Shown here: piece by piece, positions 9,543 through 20,983 of the stretch
Position numbering within the stretch: position 1 is the first letter of the stretch
Layout of the letters: each line of letters starts with the position of its first letter
Origin: an uncultured Bacillota bacterium
Lineage (GTDB): Bacteria; Bacillota_I; Bacilli_A; RF39; UBA660
Length of the DNA stretch: 64,000 nt
NCBI GenBank assembly: GCA_947644695.1
Contig: CANSAJ010000003.1
Location: 8,424 to 72,423 of the forward strand
Reading direction: 5' to 3'
Translations under genes and position numbers: made by a program
The notes under the pieces: generated by a model
The model's database searches: none
Told to the model about the DNA's origin: nothing
Seen by the model: only the letters and a program-made list of their open reading frames with translations

Positions 9543-9578
9543 TATTATTATTATTATTTTTCATTTTTGATTCCTCCA

Positions 9579-11018
9579 CTAAATAGTTTTTATTTTTTTG
9601 AATGCTAAAAACTCATTTGCATCTTTATCATAAACTGGAGTATGGTGCTGAAAATGCTCTTCTCCCCAGTCATGATTTGGTATACCAGTTGTTACTGTTT
9701 GTTCTTTCGTATCTTCCGATAATTTATCTATTACTGATAATTTAAATCTATAATTTTTTTTATAATTATACAATTCTCCACAATCAATTGTAGTTTCTAC
9801 TATATTATTTTCATTAAAGGTTGGTGTGATATTTCCACCTAATACCCATTCGCTATTGTAAACATCCTCTTTATAAAACCATTTTGCATTTAATACATTT
9901 GATATATTACCAAACGATTGATTAAAAAACTTACCAAAATAAGTAAGTTTTACATTTGAACTAGTTTGCGAAACTCTATATGCATTTAAATTTATTTGTG
10001 GATCAAAATATTCTATTAAATTACCTGTTGTGCTGATTATATTAGTATTAGTAAATCCTCTACTGTTAGTAACTGTGATTGTTACACTTTTTGACTGTGT
10101 ATTAAATATTATTGGGTTATTCCCTACAAACGATATACCATTAATAACTCTAGATGTTATTGTACTATGATCTTCACTTGTTGATGATGAAGTTAACGTT
10201 AATGTAGCTTGTATATTGCTATACCCTTTAATAACTTTATTTTCTGATCCTGTTAATGAAACTGTTGTTATGTTAATATCTTTTAAAGTTCCGCTTATCG
10301 AAGGCTTACATCTACTCTCTAAACAATTTGCTGTAAATACTCCTGTTTTAGTTCCAATTAAACTAGTTCCACTATACGTTTTTAAAGTAAATGTTCCTGT
10401 TTTATATTTTCCAGTAAATTCATTATAAAATGCACTTGGTAATGTAAATAAAATATTAGAATTGTTAAACTTATATTCTGTGGTCTGAAGTGTTCCATTA
10501 GAATTTATATATTTATCAATACTACCAAACGTCACTTTTAACGAATGCTTAAAACTACTAGATGCTGGATTTAATGAAATATTGTAGCTATCTTCAATAT
10601 AACCACTCAGGTTTGGACAAGTAGTTGCTCTTGGAATAGTTGATAGTGCCATACTACTTGATATATGACAATCACCAGGTGTGTAATAATTACCTGTAAT
10701 TTCTGTAAAATCACAATTTAATTCTACAGTTTTTCTACCATCAGCATTATGATATACTTCTTTTCTCCCACTAGCCCAAAGATTTTCACCAGTGCTCATT
10801 GCACCTCTCAATTGTTCTGTATCATATACAGTTTCTCCATTTATTTTTGCCACTAATCTAGACATATAATCATCAAAATACCAGTTTTGAGTAACTTCCA
10901 TTTTGATTACCCAATCAACATAAGTTCTATTTGTAGTTATATAGTCGCTTGGTACATATTCAGTTGCTTCAAATATCAAGTAATGATGCCCTTTTGCACA
11001 TAATTGTCTTAATTTCAT
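9579..11018 (-). CDS. Phage tail fibre / receptor-binding protein
   Basis: 479 aa, Ser/Thr/Asn-rich beta-type composition; last large gene of the tail module. Confidence 0.55.
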   Translation of the reverse strand: MKLRQLCAKGHHYLIFEATEYVPSDYITTNRTYVDWVIKMEVTQNWYFDDYMSRLVAKINGETVYDTEQLRGAMSTGENLWASGRKEVYHNADGRKTVELNCDFTEITGNYYTPGDCHISSSMALSTIPRATTCPNLSGYIEDSYNISLNPASSSFKHSLKVTFGSIDKYINSNGTLQTTEYKFNNSNILFTLPSAFYNEFTGKYKTGTFTLKTYSGTSLIGTKTGVFTANCLESRCKPSISGTLKDINITTVSLTGSENKVIKGYSNIQATLTLTSSSTSEDHSTITSRVINGISFVGNNPIIFNTQSKSVTITVTNSRGFTNTNIISTTGNLIEYFDPQINLNAYRVSQTSSNVKLTYFGKFFNQSFGNISNVLNAKWFYKEDVYNSEWVLGGNITPTFNENNIVETTIDCGELYNYKKNYRFKLSVIDKLSEDTKEQTVTTGIPNHDWGEEHFQHHTPVYDKDANEFLAFKKIKTI

Positions 11019-11030
11019 TAATTAATCCTC

Positions 11031-12572
11031 CTAATTATCAATATAAAAAGAACCTGTTGCTTTTCCAAATATTTGATTTTCATATGCTTCAAATCTTGTT
11101 CTTGGTACAACTAGATATTTTTCTACAGTCATATTTTTTGATTTCACTATCGTCTCTTGTGTATCTACATCATATCCTGCAAATAATAAACTTGAATTAC
11201 TTCCTTTTTCAATTACTGATATTCCATCAGAATCAACCGTTGTTGATGTTTTTGCATTAGTTTTATCAATATGCATTCCTTCGATATCTACAGTAACTCC
11301 TGTTTCAGTAACAACTTTATCTACCCCGTTTACTTGTAAATCTTGTACTATTTTTATTGTAGCTTGCGTTGATGTTTGAATTTGCTCCACTTTTTCAGTT
11401 AGTGTAATTATATCGTCATTAGAAGGAATATTATCCAATTTACTTATTAATTCTTGATATGTATTATTATTTGTTATATTTGAATTATCTACTGTGTGTT
11501 TTATATTTTCTATTTTTTCTACTGTATCACTTATTTCTCCACTATTTTTATCCGCTTTTCTTTCTACCCTTACTAGCTCATTTTTTATAGAAGTTGCATA
11601 CTTAAAATTGGTTGAGGTCTCATTCAGCTCTTCAGCTGATAATTCAATATAATAATTATTCGAATCAGTTACATCTCCCGCTAAATAAATTATTCTTTTT
11701 TTCATTATAGGGGCTATTATTTCATTACCCCAGATATCTTTATATTTAATTTTATCTCCAAGTTTAATTGATAATTTATTATTAATATGATGAGACTTTA
11801 AATTAAATATTAAATATTGCATTCCTACAATTCTATTATAAATAGGTATAATATTTTGATATCTATTATCTTCTGAAGAAATTGTATCTTGTGAATCCAA
11901 TATGTAATTATTATCAATTCTAAATTCCACAGGATTTGTCGGTTTTTCTAGTGGATAAAAAACATTATCTTCAATACTTCCTCTACCTAGTACTACGGTA
12001 TTAATTGGACTTGTCAACTCTTTTTCAGTTGTAAGTTCTATCCAATCTTTTACTTCATGTATTATATCGGTAAACCATTTGAAATAAAAAATATCTTCTT
12101 TATCTGTTTCTATCCAACTAGCACCTGCTTGCGCTATTGTTTGAATTACATTTCTATTACTAGCATTTTCTTCAACATAAGGTTGTTCATTTAGTTGTAA
12201 ACTACTATTTGGAAAGTCCGAATTATCATACTCAACATCACAATCATCAAATATTGAATTTCTCCATTCTTTTAATGTACATGGAAAAATATGTTTTGTT
12301 TTATCGTATTTTTTATCTAATTTGTATTTGATATCATAACATTCTAATTTAATATTAACTTTTTCTTGTACTGGTTTAACATCATAAATATAAAAAGAAC
12401 CATGAATAGTTTTTATCCATAATCCTTTTAACGAACTATAATTGTTACTTTCATTTATTAATTGTATTGTGGCCGTCCCTAATTCACAAGTACCAACTAT
12501 GTTATTAGCGCCGACTGCTGTCGTTTCATATTCAAATGTTTGTAAAAATTTATCATCATAACCTTCTATCAT
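11031..12572 (-). CDS. Phage tail protein (distal tail/tail-associated)
   Basis: 513 aa, directly downstream of the tape measure and the small tail component. Confidence 0.5.
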   Translation of the reverse strand: MIEGYDDKFLQTFEYETTAVGANNIVGTCELGTATIQLINESNNYSSLKGLWIKTIHGSFYIYDVKPVQEKVNIKLECYDIKYKLDKKYDKTKHIFPCTLKEWRNSIFDDCDVEYDNSDFPNSSLQLNEQPYVEENASNRNVIQTIAQAGASWIETDKEDIFYFKWFTDIIHEVKDWIELTTEKELTSPINTVVLGRGSIEDNVFYPLEKPTNPVEFRIDNNYILDSQDTISSEDNRYQNIIPIYNRIVGMQYLIFNLKSHHINNKLSIKLGDKIKYKDIWGNEIIAPIMKKRIIYLAGDVTDSNNYYIELSAEELNETSTNFKYATSIKNELVRVERKADKNSGEISDTVEKIENIKHTVDNSNITNNNTYQELISKLDNIPSNDDIITLTEKVEQIQTSTQATIKIVQDLQVNGVDKVVTETGVTVDIEGMHIDKTNAKTSTTVDSDGISVIEKGSNSSLLFAGYDVDTQETIVKSKNMTVEKYLVVPRTRFEAYENQIFGKATGSFYIDN

Positions 12573-12988
12573 TCGTTCACATCTCCATATCCTGCAAACT
12601 CAATAGTAAATGGTTCATATATAATATTATCAGTATTATTGTCTTCTGGATACCGATAGATGGCTGGATTAGGTTTTTGCGCATAAAATTCACGTGTTAT
12701 AAATTGATTAAGGTATTTTTCAAAATAATAGATATTAATTTTCACTAATTTTAGTAAGCTAAATAAAGGATATAATTCTTCTTGAGAGTGTCTATCCATA
12801 ATCTCAAGAGAAGCGGCTGGTATTTCTCCAGCACGTACTCTAACCAAATAAGCAGTTGTACTGCCACGTTCTGCTGTTTTTTCTACATCATTAAGTGTAG
12901 GTCCTTGAACTCCTTCTGGTAACCATTCATATGGTATTTCAAAAGCAGGAATAATTCCCGATGGGTCACTTATTTTTATTCTATCCAT
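12569..12988 (-). CDS. Phage tail component (hypothetical)
   Basis: 139 aa; overlapping start/stop with neighbours in the tail operon. Confidence 0.4.
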   Translation of the reverse strand: MDRIKISDPSGIIPAFEIPYEWLPEGVQGPTLNDVEKTAERGSTTAYLVRVRAGEIPAASLEIMDRHSQEELYPLFSLLKLVKINIYYFEKYLNQFITREFYAQKPNPAIYRYPEDNNTDNIIYEPFTIEFAGYGDVNE

Positions 12989-12997
12989 GTTTTCCTC

Positions 12998-15793
12998 CTA
13001 ATTAACAAATAATGGTTTACCCATTTCTTGCTCAGTAAGTCTTATTGCTTCATAACAAACTTGTTTAAAACTTCTATCGCCAAATTGTGCTACTATAGTA
13101 AAGTTTTTGAATACTATTTCTCTAACTTGTGCAGTTAATGCATCTAATTTATCGAGGTACTCGTTTAAAACTTCTCTATTTGCTTGCTTTATTGTTTCAA
13201 GGGGTGCCTCTATATTTGTTCCATGTCTTTGATCTCCAAGAATTGCTGCAAATTTTTGCCTGGGTGGAATCACTGCTCCTTTAGCAAGTTCAGGAATTTG
13301 CGGAACTGATGCACGCCAAGATAAAAAGCTAAAAGGACTTATTCCTAAAAAGCTTACATTTTGAATTTTATCTAAAGCTTTATTTAAACCATTAAAAGGA
13401 ATAGAAACCACTTTGTTTATTCCTCTTATTATCGCATTAACTACAGCTTTAAACGCATTTACTATTCCATCTTTTATTCCATCAAAAATTTTTCCGCCTG
13501 TTGAAAATACTTCTTTTACTTTTTGCCATGCATTACTAAATGTATTCTTAAAAAATGATGCAACTGTTGAAAATACATTTTTTATTCCTGACCATGCTTG
13601 AGAGGCACCATTTTTTATATTAGACCACATATTAGAAAAAAAGTTTTTTATAGGAGTAATTACATTTTCATTAAACCAATTTCCAATTGATGAGAATATT
13701 TCACAAATTCCATTGTAAATATTTTGAAAAAGGCTTATGACAAAATCAAATAAATTTTTTATACCATTTATTAATCCTTCCATAATATAAATTCCAACAT
13801 TTTCAAATACTGTAGACGGGCTATGGATTCCAAAAAATTCTAATATTTTATTAAATAATTCACGAAATGCACCTATTACAAATTCAATTGCACCTACAAT
13901 ACCATTTGCTAAACCTATTAATATATCAGTAGCTAATTGTTCCCAGTTAATATTGGTTATAAAATTCCATATAGCATCTACAATTTTTTTACCTAATTCA
14001 CTCCAATTTATCTCTAAGAATAATTCTTGAATTGTATTAAACATACTATGTAAAGATTCAGATAGTTTAGTTGCTACAGCCGCCCAATCTATGCTTAAGA
14101 GTAAATTCCCTATACCTTTAAATGAGTTCCATATTGTTGTAATAATTGAACTACCAATTCCACCCCAATCAATACTAGTAATTGTATCAGATATTTTTTT
14201 ACCTAATTCATTCCACTTTATTTGAATAAGATAATCACTAACTTTGAATATTGCATCACGTAATCCTATACTAAAATTTGATAATACTTTAGGCCAATCT
14301 ATGTTTAAAAACATCTCTTGAAAACCTAAGACTGCTTCTCCAAATACTGATACAAGCCCTACCAACATTCCTGACCAATCAATATTAACTAAAAATTCAC
14401 TTATATTTGATCCGATTTTTGACCAATCTATGCCTTTAATTTTCTTTATAAGCCAATTTAGACCATCTATAAATCCTTGACTTATATATTTAGCAAGGCC
14501 TCCCCAATCTCCATTTGAAATTAACTCTTTCAATCTATTTAATATATTTAACAAAGTTGAATTAACATTATTAAGCCCACTATAGTCAATATTATTAACA
14601 TTTCCTGAGCCACTTCCTGTTGCATCTTTTCCTATTACATCTAATTTATCTATCTTACTTAATGAACCACTAGCATTATCTCCACTTTTTGCAGTGTCAT
14701 TTAAAGCTCCAGATAATTTCTTGGCATCAGATGTAGCATTTTTTAGGCTTGTTCCAAATATAGATGCAATAAAATTTGCGAATGTTGCTGTTAATTGATT
14801 TAATGCTTGCATCAATGTATTAATCATTGGAAGTATTGTATTATAAATTGGAGCAAATGCTGTAATTAGATTTCCTTTAATCTGCGCTAAATTTGAATTA
14901 AAGATGTTATTAGTTTTTAACATAGAAAGAAGACTATCTCTTAGTTTTGTTAAACTATTTCTTATTAAACTAAAAATCATTGCTGTTCCAATTAATCTAG
15001 TCATTTTAGTTTTAAATTTATCTAATCTATTTCCTATATCTTTAATCTGTTTTGAAACTCCATTTAAAGTTCCTTTACTTACTGTTTTAGTAAAATCTTT
15101 GGCTAATTTCCCTGTATTTTTTAGAGCATTTCCTGTTTTAGATAAACCTGTTCTTATTGGCTCTGTTTTATCTTTGTATACTGCTTTTTCTATTGATTCT
15201 TTTAAATTATTTGCTGTATTTTTAGATTCAGACATCTTATCATTTAAAATTTGAAATTTAGTTTTGGCTTCATTTATATCATTTTGTAATTTTGGATCAA
15301 CTTTATTTAACTCTTCATATTGATTTTTTAATTCACTTAGTTTTTCTTTTGTTTCAACAATTTCTGAATTTAAATTAGATCTTTCCTTTAAAACAATACT
15401 TCTTGATTTTTCATCTTCTGGACTGAACTTCTTATATTGTATTGAATTTCCATAAATATCATTTCCCTCTGTTAATATACCTTTTGAATCAATGTCAAAG
15501 AATATCTTTTCTGTTTTTTCTAGTTGACTATTTAAAGTTTTTAATTTATTTTCTGCCTCTTCTATATTTTTACTTATTTGGCTTAAAAAAGGACTTTGAC
15601 TTTTATCTTGTAACTCGATTAATTTATTTTTAACTTTATCAAGTGCAATTTCTTGACTTTTAATACTATCAACAGTTTTGTTATATTGCGTTATTAGTTT
15701 TTTAGTATCATCTGTAATACTTTTAAAATCTTTTTCTATTTTTTTATAATTTAATCTAGTATCAACTACTACAGCACCTTTCTTCTCCAGCAT
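12998..15793 (-). CDS. Tail tape measure protein
   Basis: 931 aa; N-terminal coiled-coil region, central hydrophobic segment, and many W-containing periodic repeats (IDWxx, INWxx). Confidence 0.85.
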   Translation of the reverse strand: MLEKKGAVVVDTRLNYKKIEKDFKSITDDTKKLITQYNKTVDSIKSQEIALDKVKNKLIELQDKSQSPFLSQISKNIEEAENKLKTLNSQLEKTEKIFFDIDSKGILTEGNDIYGNSIQYKKFSPEDEKSRSIVLKERSNLNSEIVETKEKLSELKNQYEELNKVDPKLQNDINEAKTKFQILNDKMSESKNTANNLKESIEKAVYKDKTEPIRTGLSKTGNALKNTGKLAKDFTKTVSKGTLNGVSKQIKDIGNRLDKFKTKMTRLIGTAMIFSLIRNSLTKLRDSLLSMLKTNNIFNSNLAQIKGNLITAFAPIYNTILPMINTLMQALNQLTATFANFIASIFGTSLKNATSDAKKLSGALNDTAKSGDNASGSLSKIDKLDVIGKDATGSGSGNVNNIDYSGLNNVNSTLLNILNRLKELISNGDWGGLAKYISQGFIDGLNWLIKKIKGIDWSKIGSNISEFLVNIDWSGMLVGLVSVFGEAVLGFQEMFLNIDWPKVLSNFSIGLRDAIFKVSDYLIQIKWNELGKKISDTITSIDWGGIGSSIITTIWNSFKGIGNLLLSIDWAAVATKLSESLHSMFNTIQELFLEINWSELGKKIVDAIWNFITNINWEQLATDILIGLANGIVGAIEFVIGAFRELFNKILEFFGIHSPSTVFENVGIYIMEGLINGIKNLFDFVISLFQNIYNGICEIFSSIGNWFNENVITPIKNFFSNMWSNIKNGASQAWSGIKNVFSTVASFFKNTFSNAWQKVKEVFSTGGKIFDGIKDGIVNAFKAVVNAIIRGINKVVSIPFNGLNKALDKIQNVSFLGISPFSFLSWRASVPQIPELAKGAVIPPRQKFAAILGDQRHGTNIEAPLETIKQANREVLNEYLDKLDALTAQVREIVFKNFTIVAQFGDRSFKQVCYEAIRLTEQEMGKPLFVN

Positions 15794-15801
15794 TCACCTC
15801 C

Positions 15802-16380
15802 TTATTTTTTAGTTTTATGAAACTGTTCAAAGAATTGTTTTTTCAATTTAGATTCTACTTTTTTAGTAGGTTCTAACTCTACTATATCTTTGATTTTTTT
15901 ATAATTCTGTTTTTCTTCGTCAGTAAGCTTTCCTTCTTGTTTTCTTGTACGATAATACATTAACTCTCCAAACATACAATCAGGACTCATATCCATAAAT
16001 AAGGATATAAACTTCCACCAATGAAGATTTTCTTTTTCTTCTATATCAATGTGATGTGTTTGATTTATACCACTAAAAATAAAGTTACCATCTTTACTAA
16101 AAGAATAAGTTCTAGGCTTTTTAACATTATTTTCTTCTTTAGGTTCTGCTCCACAATCAATAAACTTAATACCTTTTATTATAGCTTCTTCTAAATCACA
16201 TTCTGGTATTTCCTTTTTATAAAGAGCATGAACTAAAACATAAACTTGTTCTTCATAAAGTAAATCATTATCTTCAAATGCTAGAATAATATTTAAAACA
16301 GTTTTATAATCATAATTAATATCATAAATATTTTCATTTATTTTAATTTTAGTTGGTAGTTTTTGTGTAAGAATATTCAT
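15802..16380 (-). CDS. Tail assembly chaperone (G/GT-like, putative)
   Basis: Position between the major tail protein and the tape measure; overlapping partner ORF at 16380..16841. Confidence 0.4.
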   Translation of the reverse strand: MNILTQKLPTKIKINENIYDINYDYKTVLNIILAFEDNDLLYEEQVYVLVHALYKKEIPECDLEEAIIKGIKFIDCGAEPKEENNVKKPRTYSFSKDGNFIFSGINQTHHIDIEEKENLHWWKFISLFMDMSPDCMFGELMYYRTRKQEGKLTDEEKQNYKKIKDIVELEPTKKVESKLKKQFFEQFHKTKK

Positions 16381-16841
16381 TATCCCATCACATCATCATT
16401 TTTACTTGGAATATAGCTATTAACTCTTTCAGATTTATATACTTTTATATATGGTAATATAAATTCAATTAAAGGCATAAGACTTTCTAGATCATTTGTT
16501 CCTTGCGTAAAACAATTTATTACTTTTTCACCAAAGATTTCAGTTAACTCATTTATAACTTTTTCAATTATTTCATTTTCTATATTTGTAGCTTCTAACC
16601 ACTTATTACATATTTCTGAAAACTTTGTAAAATCTTCAATATTCTCTATTTTTCCCTCTGGAATATCATCAATTTTAATATTATTTACTTTATTAGCTGC
16701 TTCTGTTATTTCTTTTAAAATAATAGATAGTTTACTCATTATTCTAGAATCTTTAGGATTAAATATAATTTCTCCTAATTTATTTCCATTTTCATCTATA
16801 ATATCTTCCTTTACAAAATTTGTTTTAACTGTTAAAGCCAT
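16380..16841 (-). CDS. Tail assembly chaperone (putative)
   Basis: Acidic 153-aa protein directly upstream of the tape measure region. Confidence 0.4.
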   Translation of the reverse strand: MALTVKTNFVKEDIIDENGNKLGEIIFNPKDSRIMSKLSIILKEITEAANKVNNIKIDDIPEGKIENIEDFTKFSEICNKWLEATNIENEIIEKVINELTEIFGEKVINCFTQGTNDLESLMPLIEFILPYIKVYKSERVNSYIPSKNDDVMG

Positions 16842-16895
16842 TAAATCATCTCCTTCATAAAATTAAAAAATAAAGAGGGGTTAATCCCCTCAAAC

Positions 16896-17447
16896 TTATG
16901 CTTCAGTTGTTTTAGTAAATGCTTTTGTTGTTGGATTAAATGTTCCGTGTTCTTTGTTACCTTTCCAATTTAATGTAATAGGACTTTGTAAATTTGAAGT
17001 ATCTCCACCCCAAGACTTAAGATCTACTACAGCACTTTCTGTAAATGCTCCATAGTTTCCATCGGTTTCTTTATCAGCTAAGGTTACTTCCATACACTGT
17101 AGTGTTGCTTTATCGCCTGTCAAATCATATTTAAACATGTTATAAAGTATAGTAGATAATACATCATTACCTCTTACTACTACAGGATCTATTTCAGTTG
17201 TTTGAGCACCTTTAGAATGTTTAATACTAGTTTTACCTAGAACATTTTTCTTAGACTCTACCTCATTGTTTAATTCACGTGTTAATTCATCATTATCTTC
17301 TCCGAATGGCACCCAGTCTGGTGTAGTTCCATAAACAATACCATTTTCATCACATGAAGTAATATTAGCATTGAAAAATGTAATATGTTCCTCTCTTTCA
17401 AATTCTTTATTTCCATCTAATTTTTTTAATGTGTTTGTATCTGCCAT
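16896..17447 (-). CDS. Major tail protein (putative)
   Basis: 183 aa; positioned after the head-tail joining genes; strong upstream terminator/RBS. Confidence 0.5.
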   Translation of the reverse strand: MADTNTLKKLDGNKEFEREEHITFFNANITSCDENGIVYGTTPDWVPFGEDNDELTRELNNEVESKKNVLGKTSIKHSKGAQTTEIDPVVVRGNDVLSTILYNMFKYDLTGDKATLQCMEVTLADKETDGNYGAFTESAVVDLKSWGGDTSNLQSPITLNWKGNKEHGTFNPTTKAFTKTTEA

Positions 17448-19122
17448 ATGCTTTCCTCCTTCTTATCGTATAGTAATGTACATCTCATTTCATATCTTGC
17501 TAGTGTGTTATTGTTATTTGTGCCATATAAAAAGCCACCAGTATCAACTTTTAAACTAGTAGCGATTTCGTTGTCATTCAACTTTGGTAAAATACCTTTT
17601 CTTGTGTTTTGATATATCCACTCAGCAAGATTTTCAAACAAATGTAAATTTTCTATATTTTTAATATCTTTTAATGGATTAAATAATGTTTTAGTTGCTA
17701 TCACAAATTGACATTGTCTATGTGATTTAGTTCCTAAGACATTCTTACCTAATATTAATGACGATTCTAATTGTTCTAGCGACCAACATTCGTTATCATT
17801 AGAATCATAATTCAAATAATCCACATTTATTTTAGCTAGCTCTCCTAAATATGGACAATCTTTCAAATATTCTTTAATACAATCAATTATTGCCTTATTT
17901 TCTTTATTTTCCATTTATTATATTTCCAACTCCTTTGATCAACTCATCCATTTCAGATGTAATCATTCTATCAAACCATTTAGAACCTCTTAAACCACCT
18001 TGATGATATACTAAGTCCCGTCCTTTAGGATCTATAATTTTTTGTATATTTGGTCTACTCCAAAATCCAAAATTAGGACTAAAAAACGCTCCCTTAAGTG
18101 TAATAGGATCTACCATAAGTTTCCCTTCATATAAGTAATTAGCATCTGGTGTATCCCATATTACTACTCCACTACCTATTTTATTAGCATGTGGTGTATG
18201 AATATGTTTTCCAGGTAAATATGGTTCAGAATGATATAATATAAAACTATCTATATATTTTTGCACTTTACCGTCTTCGTTAAGTCCTATTGATTTCATC
18301 ATTTCTTTTACTGGGAGTAAATCTAAATGTGCTTTAATATTCAATCTGTTACCTCTATGTTTTGCAAATCATCACTACCGTAATTATTGATTGATATAGT
18401 CTTAATTAGAAAATAATCAGCATTTGTTTTTTGAATATCTGATAAGTCATTGATGTTTTTAAATTCACCAATAACAACTATATCATTATTTTTTAAAGTG
18501 TAGTTATTACTTTTATCTTCTAACCTTTTATAACTATCAATATCAAGATAATCTTTCATCGCAATATTAGAAATGATAACATCATGAACTGGCATATATT
18601 TTTCTCCCTCACCTTCAGGAGATATTATCTTTTTAGTAATAACAAAAACGTCTTTCACAACTTTTCTATAAAACGTATCATTTACTAGATTAAAGATGGT
18701 TATTGTATGTGGGAACATATTCTTTTCCCCCTAAACATTAAACCAGTATGAACTAAATATTCATAACATATTTTATAGCATTCTCTATCTAGTTCTGATT
18801 CACTTAATATATGCTGTGATTGTAAATTAGATTTATTCACATAACTTTTTGAATGTGGTCCTACTGTTTCACTTGCCACTTCTTTAGATGAATTATCTAG
18901 GATATTTGTTTTTAATAAATCTTGTTTATAAATTAATTCTGCAATTTCACATACAGTATTTCTAATATTATCACTTAGAATCAATTCGTTAATTCTATTA
19001 GATGTGTAATAATTTACTTTACTGCTTGCTTTTAAAGAATATTTTTTAAATGAAGACTCAGGTATGCTAGAGTCTTCATAAGTTTTACTATAGTATTCAT
19101 AGTCTACTAACTCGGTTAGCAT
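17426..19122 (-). CDS. Four head-tail joining / head completion proteins (ORFs 17426..17914, 17904..18344, 18341..18718, 18700..19122)
   Basis: Four overlapping small ORFs (125-162 aa) between the major capsid and major tail genes, the canonical connector/adaptor block. Confidence 0.45.
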
Positions 19123-19135
19123 ACCTTATCATCTC

Positions 19136-20134
19136 CTATTCAGTTTTGGCTATTTTAGCAACATTTTTAGTTGTTGTACTAGCAACTTTGATATTTCTAA
19201 ATACACCAGCCTTTTTAGTCTTCTTTAAAACTACTGCTGCAACCATCTCAACATCGCCTTCTTTAATTGTTCCTGGTTCTTTTAAATTTGGCAATGCCGT
19301 ATTAACTATTTTATTTCCTGTTGGCGAAACAGCATGGAATCCATCTTTGGCTATATTAATAGCATAAAGTGAAGTCATACCATTAGCATCTACTGGTACA
19401 CATGGCTTAGTTTCAGTTCCATCAAAATACTCTTCTAAGTCTACTAGAGGAATATTATCCCACATATCTATACTTCTACCAAACGCATCTTCTGATTTAG
19501 TATAATATCCAGCACGTCTAGCTATACCTTTCATTTTTGTAATAATTTTGCTATTACCTAAAAACATTGTAGGTTTACCATCCATTTGAGAAACAAAATC
19601 ATCCATCATGTCTAAAAACGCTTGATAGTTTTCATCCATTTTAGCACTATCACTTAAATCGATTTCGCTATCAACATTATATTCAGTACTTGAACCTGTT
19701 ACTAAAACATCTAATCCATCAAACTCTAATTCATTTTTGGATTTATCTCCATTTATAGCAGTATAATGAAATAAATTAATTGCTCCTTTAATTTTTTCTT
19801 GCATTTGGAAGTCAAGCTCATCTACTGCTCCACTTGTGTTGATTATTACACGGTCAAGTTTAAAATTACCTCCAAATATTTTTAGATCAGCTGTCGCCTT
19901 ATCTCTTTTTGCCTCGTTATTTGTGTATTCACTATTTATAGCACGAAATCCTGCTGTTGATGGTGTTGTTAATTTTACATAACCATAAGTTAATGTACTA
20001 CCACCAGTACCTGGCGATACTGCATTGTCAAATAATAATTTATCTAACAATAAAGACCCTCTTCTAAATTCGTCAATGACTGCTTGGTCTACTTTATCAG
20101 CCATTCCTACTTTACTTTCTGCTAAAGTAATCAT
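19136..20134 (-). CDS. Major capsid protein
   Basis: 332 aa, immediately downstream of the scaffold gene; a very strong RBS is expected. Confidence 0.65.
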   Translation of the reverse strand: MITLAESKVGMADKVDQAVIDEFRRGSLLLDKLLFDNAVSPGTGGSTLTYGYVKLTTPSTAGFRAINSEYTNNEAKRDKATADLKIFGGNFKLDRVIINTSGAVDELDFQMQEKIKGAINLFHYTAINGDKSKNELEFDGLDVLVTGSSTEYNVDSEIDLSDSAKMDENYQAFLDMMDDFVSQMDGKPTMFLGNSKIITKMKGIARRAGYYTKSEDAFGRSIDMWDNIPLVDLEEYFDGTETKPCVPVDANGMTSLYAINIAKDGFHAVSPTGNKIVNTALPNLKEPGTIKEGDVEMVAAVVLKKTKKAGVFRNIKVASTTTKNVAKIAKTE

Positions 20135-20147
20135 TAATAATCATCTC

Positions 20148-20744
20148 CTATTTTTCATCATATTTTTCTTTTAAAGCTGAGGTTAAATCATATTCTTTTA
20201 ACTCTTCTTTACTTGGCAAACTGCCTTGTGCTTGCCCATTACTTTGTGGAATTTCTTCAAACAAGTATTTATGAGTGTCACTAATAATTTTTATTTGGTC
20301 ATTAAAACCAATTATTGTATCGTTTTTTTCATCATAAGATAGTTTACTCATATCTAAATGTGCTTTTAACCCTACGCTATCGATAGTCTTAGAATTTGCT
20401 ATTGCCAAATCCAATTTAGAATTAAATTTAACTTGCTCTAACTCTTTTTTATGAGTATCTTCTAATTTCTTTTGTTCCTTTTGTAAATTTTCAATAGTTT
20501 CATTTAATTTTGTTGGATCAACTTTCTTTAACTCTTCAACACTTTTGTTTAACGTATCCACTTGACTTTTATAGTCATCACGTTCTTTCTTAAGGCTTTC
20601 ATTTTCATTTTTGACTCCATTGATTAATTCACCATGTTTGGCCATAATCTTATCTTGGATTTCTTTTTCCAATTCTAAACCTTTTAAAAATTCATTCACA
20701 ATAATCTCCTCCTTAACTTTTTTATAGGTGGTCTGTTCCACCAT
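20148..20744 (-). CDS. Head scaffolding protein
   Basis: 198 aa, E/K-rich coiled coil, located between the Mu-F-like gene and the capsid gene. Confidence 0.6.
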   Translation of the reverse strand: MVEQTTYKKVKEEIIVNEFLKGLELEKEIQDKIMAKHGELINGVKNENESLKKERDDYKSQVDTLNKSVEELKKVDPTKLNETIENLQKEQKKLEDTHKKELEQVKFNSKLDLAIANSKTIDSVGLKAHLDMSKLSYDEKNDTIIGFNDQIKIISDTHKYLFEEIPQSNGQAQGSLPSKEELKEYDLTSALKEKYDEK

Positions 20745-20983
20745 GTGAATTTAATTATTTACTAGTCCTTAGGTTGCTATGTCACACCAAAAAACCAGTA
20801 GAAATACTGGCTAGTACTATTTTTAAGCACTAAAATAAGAGTAATTTCTTACTCTCTATTTACTACTTACAAATGTATTTAATTTGGTATATTCCTTGAC
20901 TTTTTGCATAAAATATACTATAATGTAAAAGTAATTACATTTGAAGTTGTACATGAACCCTTTGGTTTGTGCCACAACTTCTT

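Noticed and set aside
12998-15793. Internal periodic W-containing repeats in the tape measure gene as a separate repeat feature
   Set aside because: This is a normal feature of tape measure proteins and has no independent significance.
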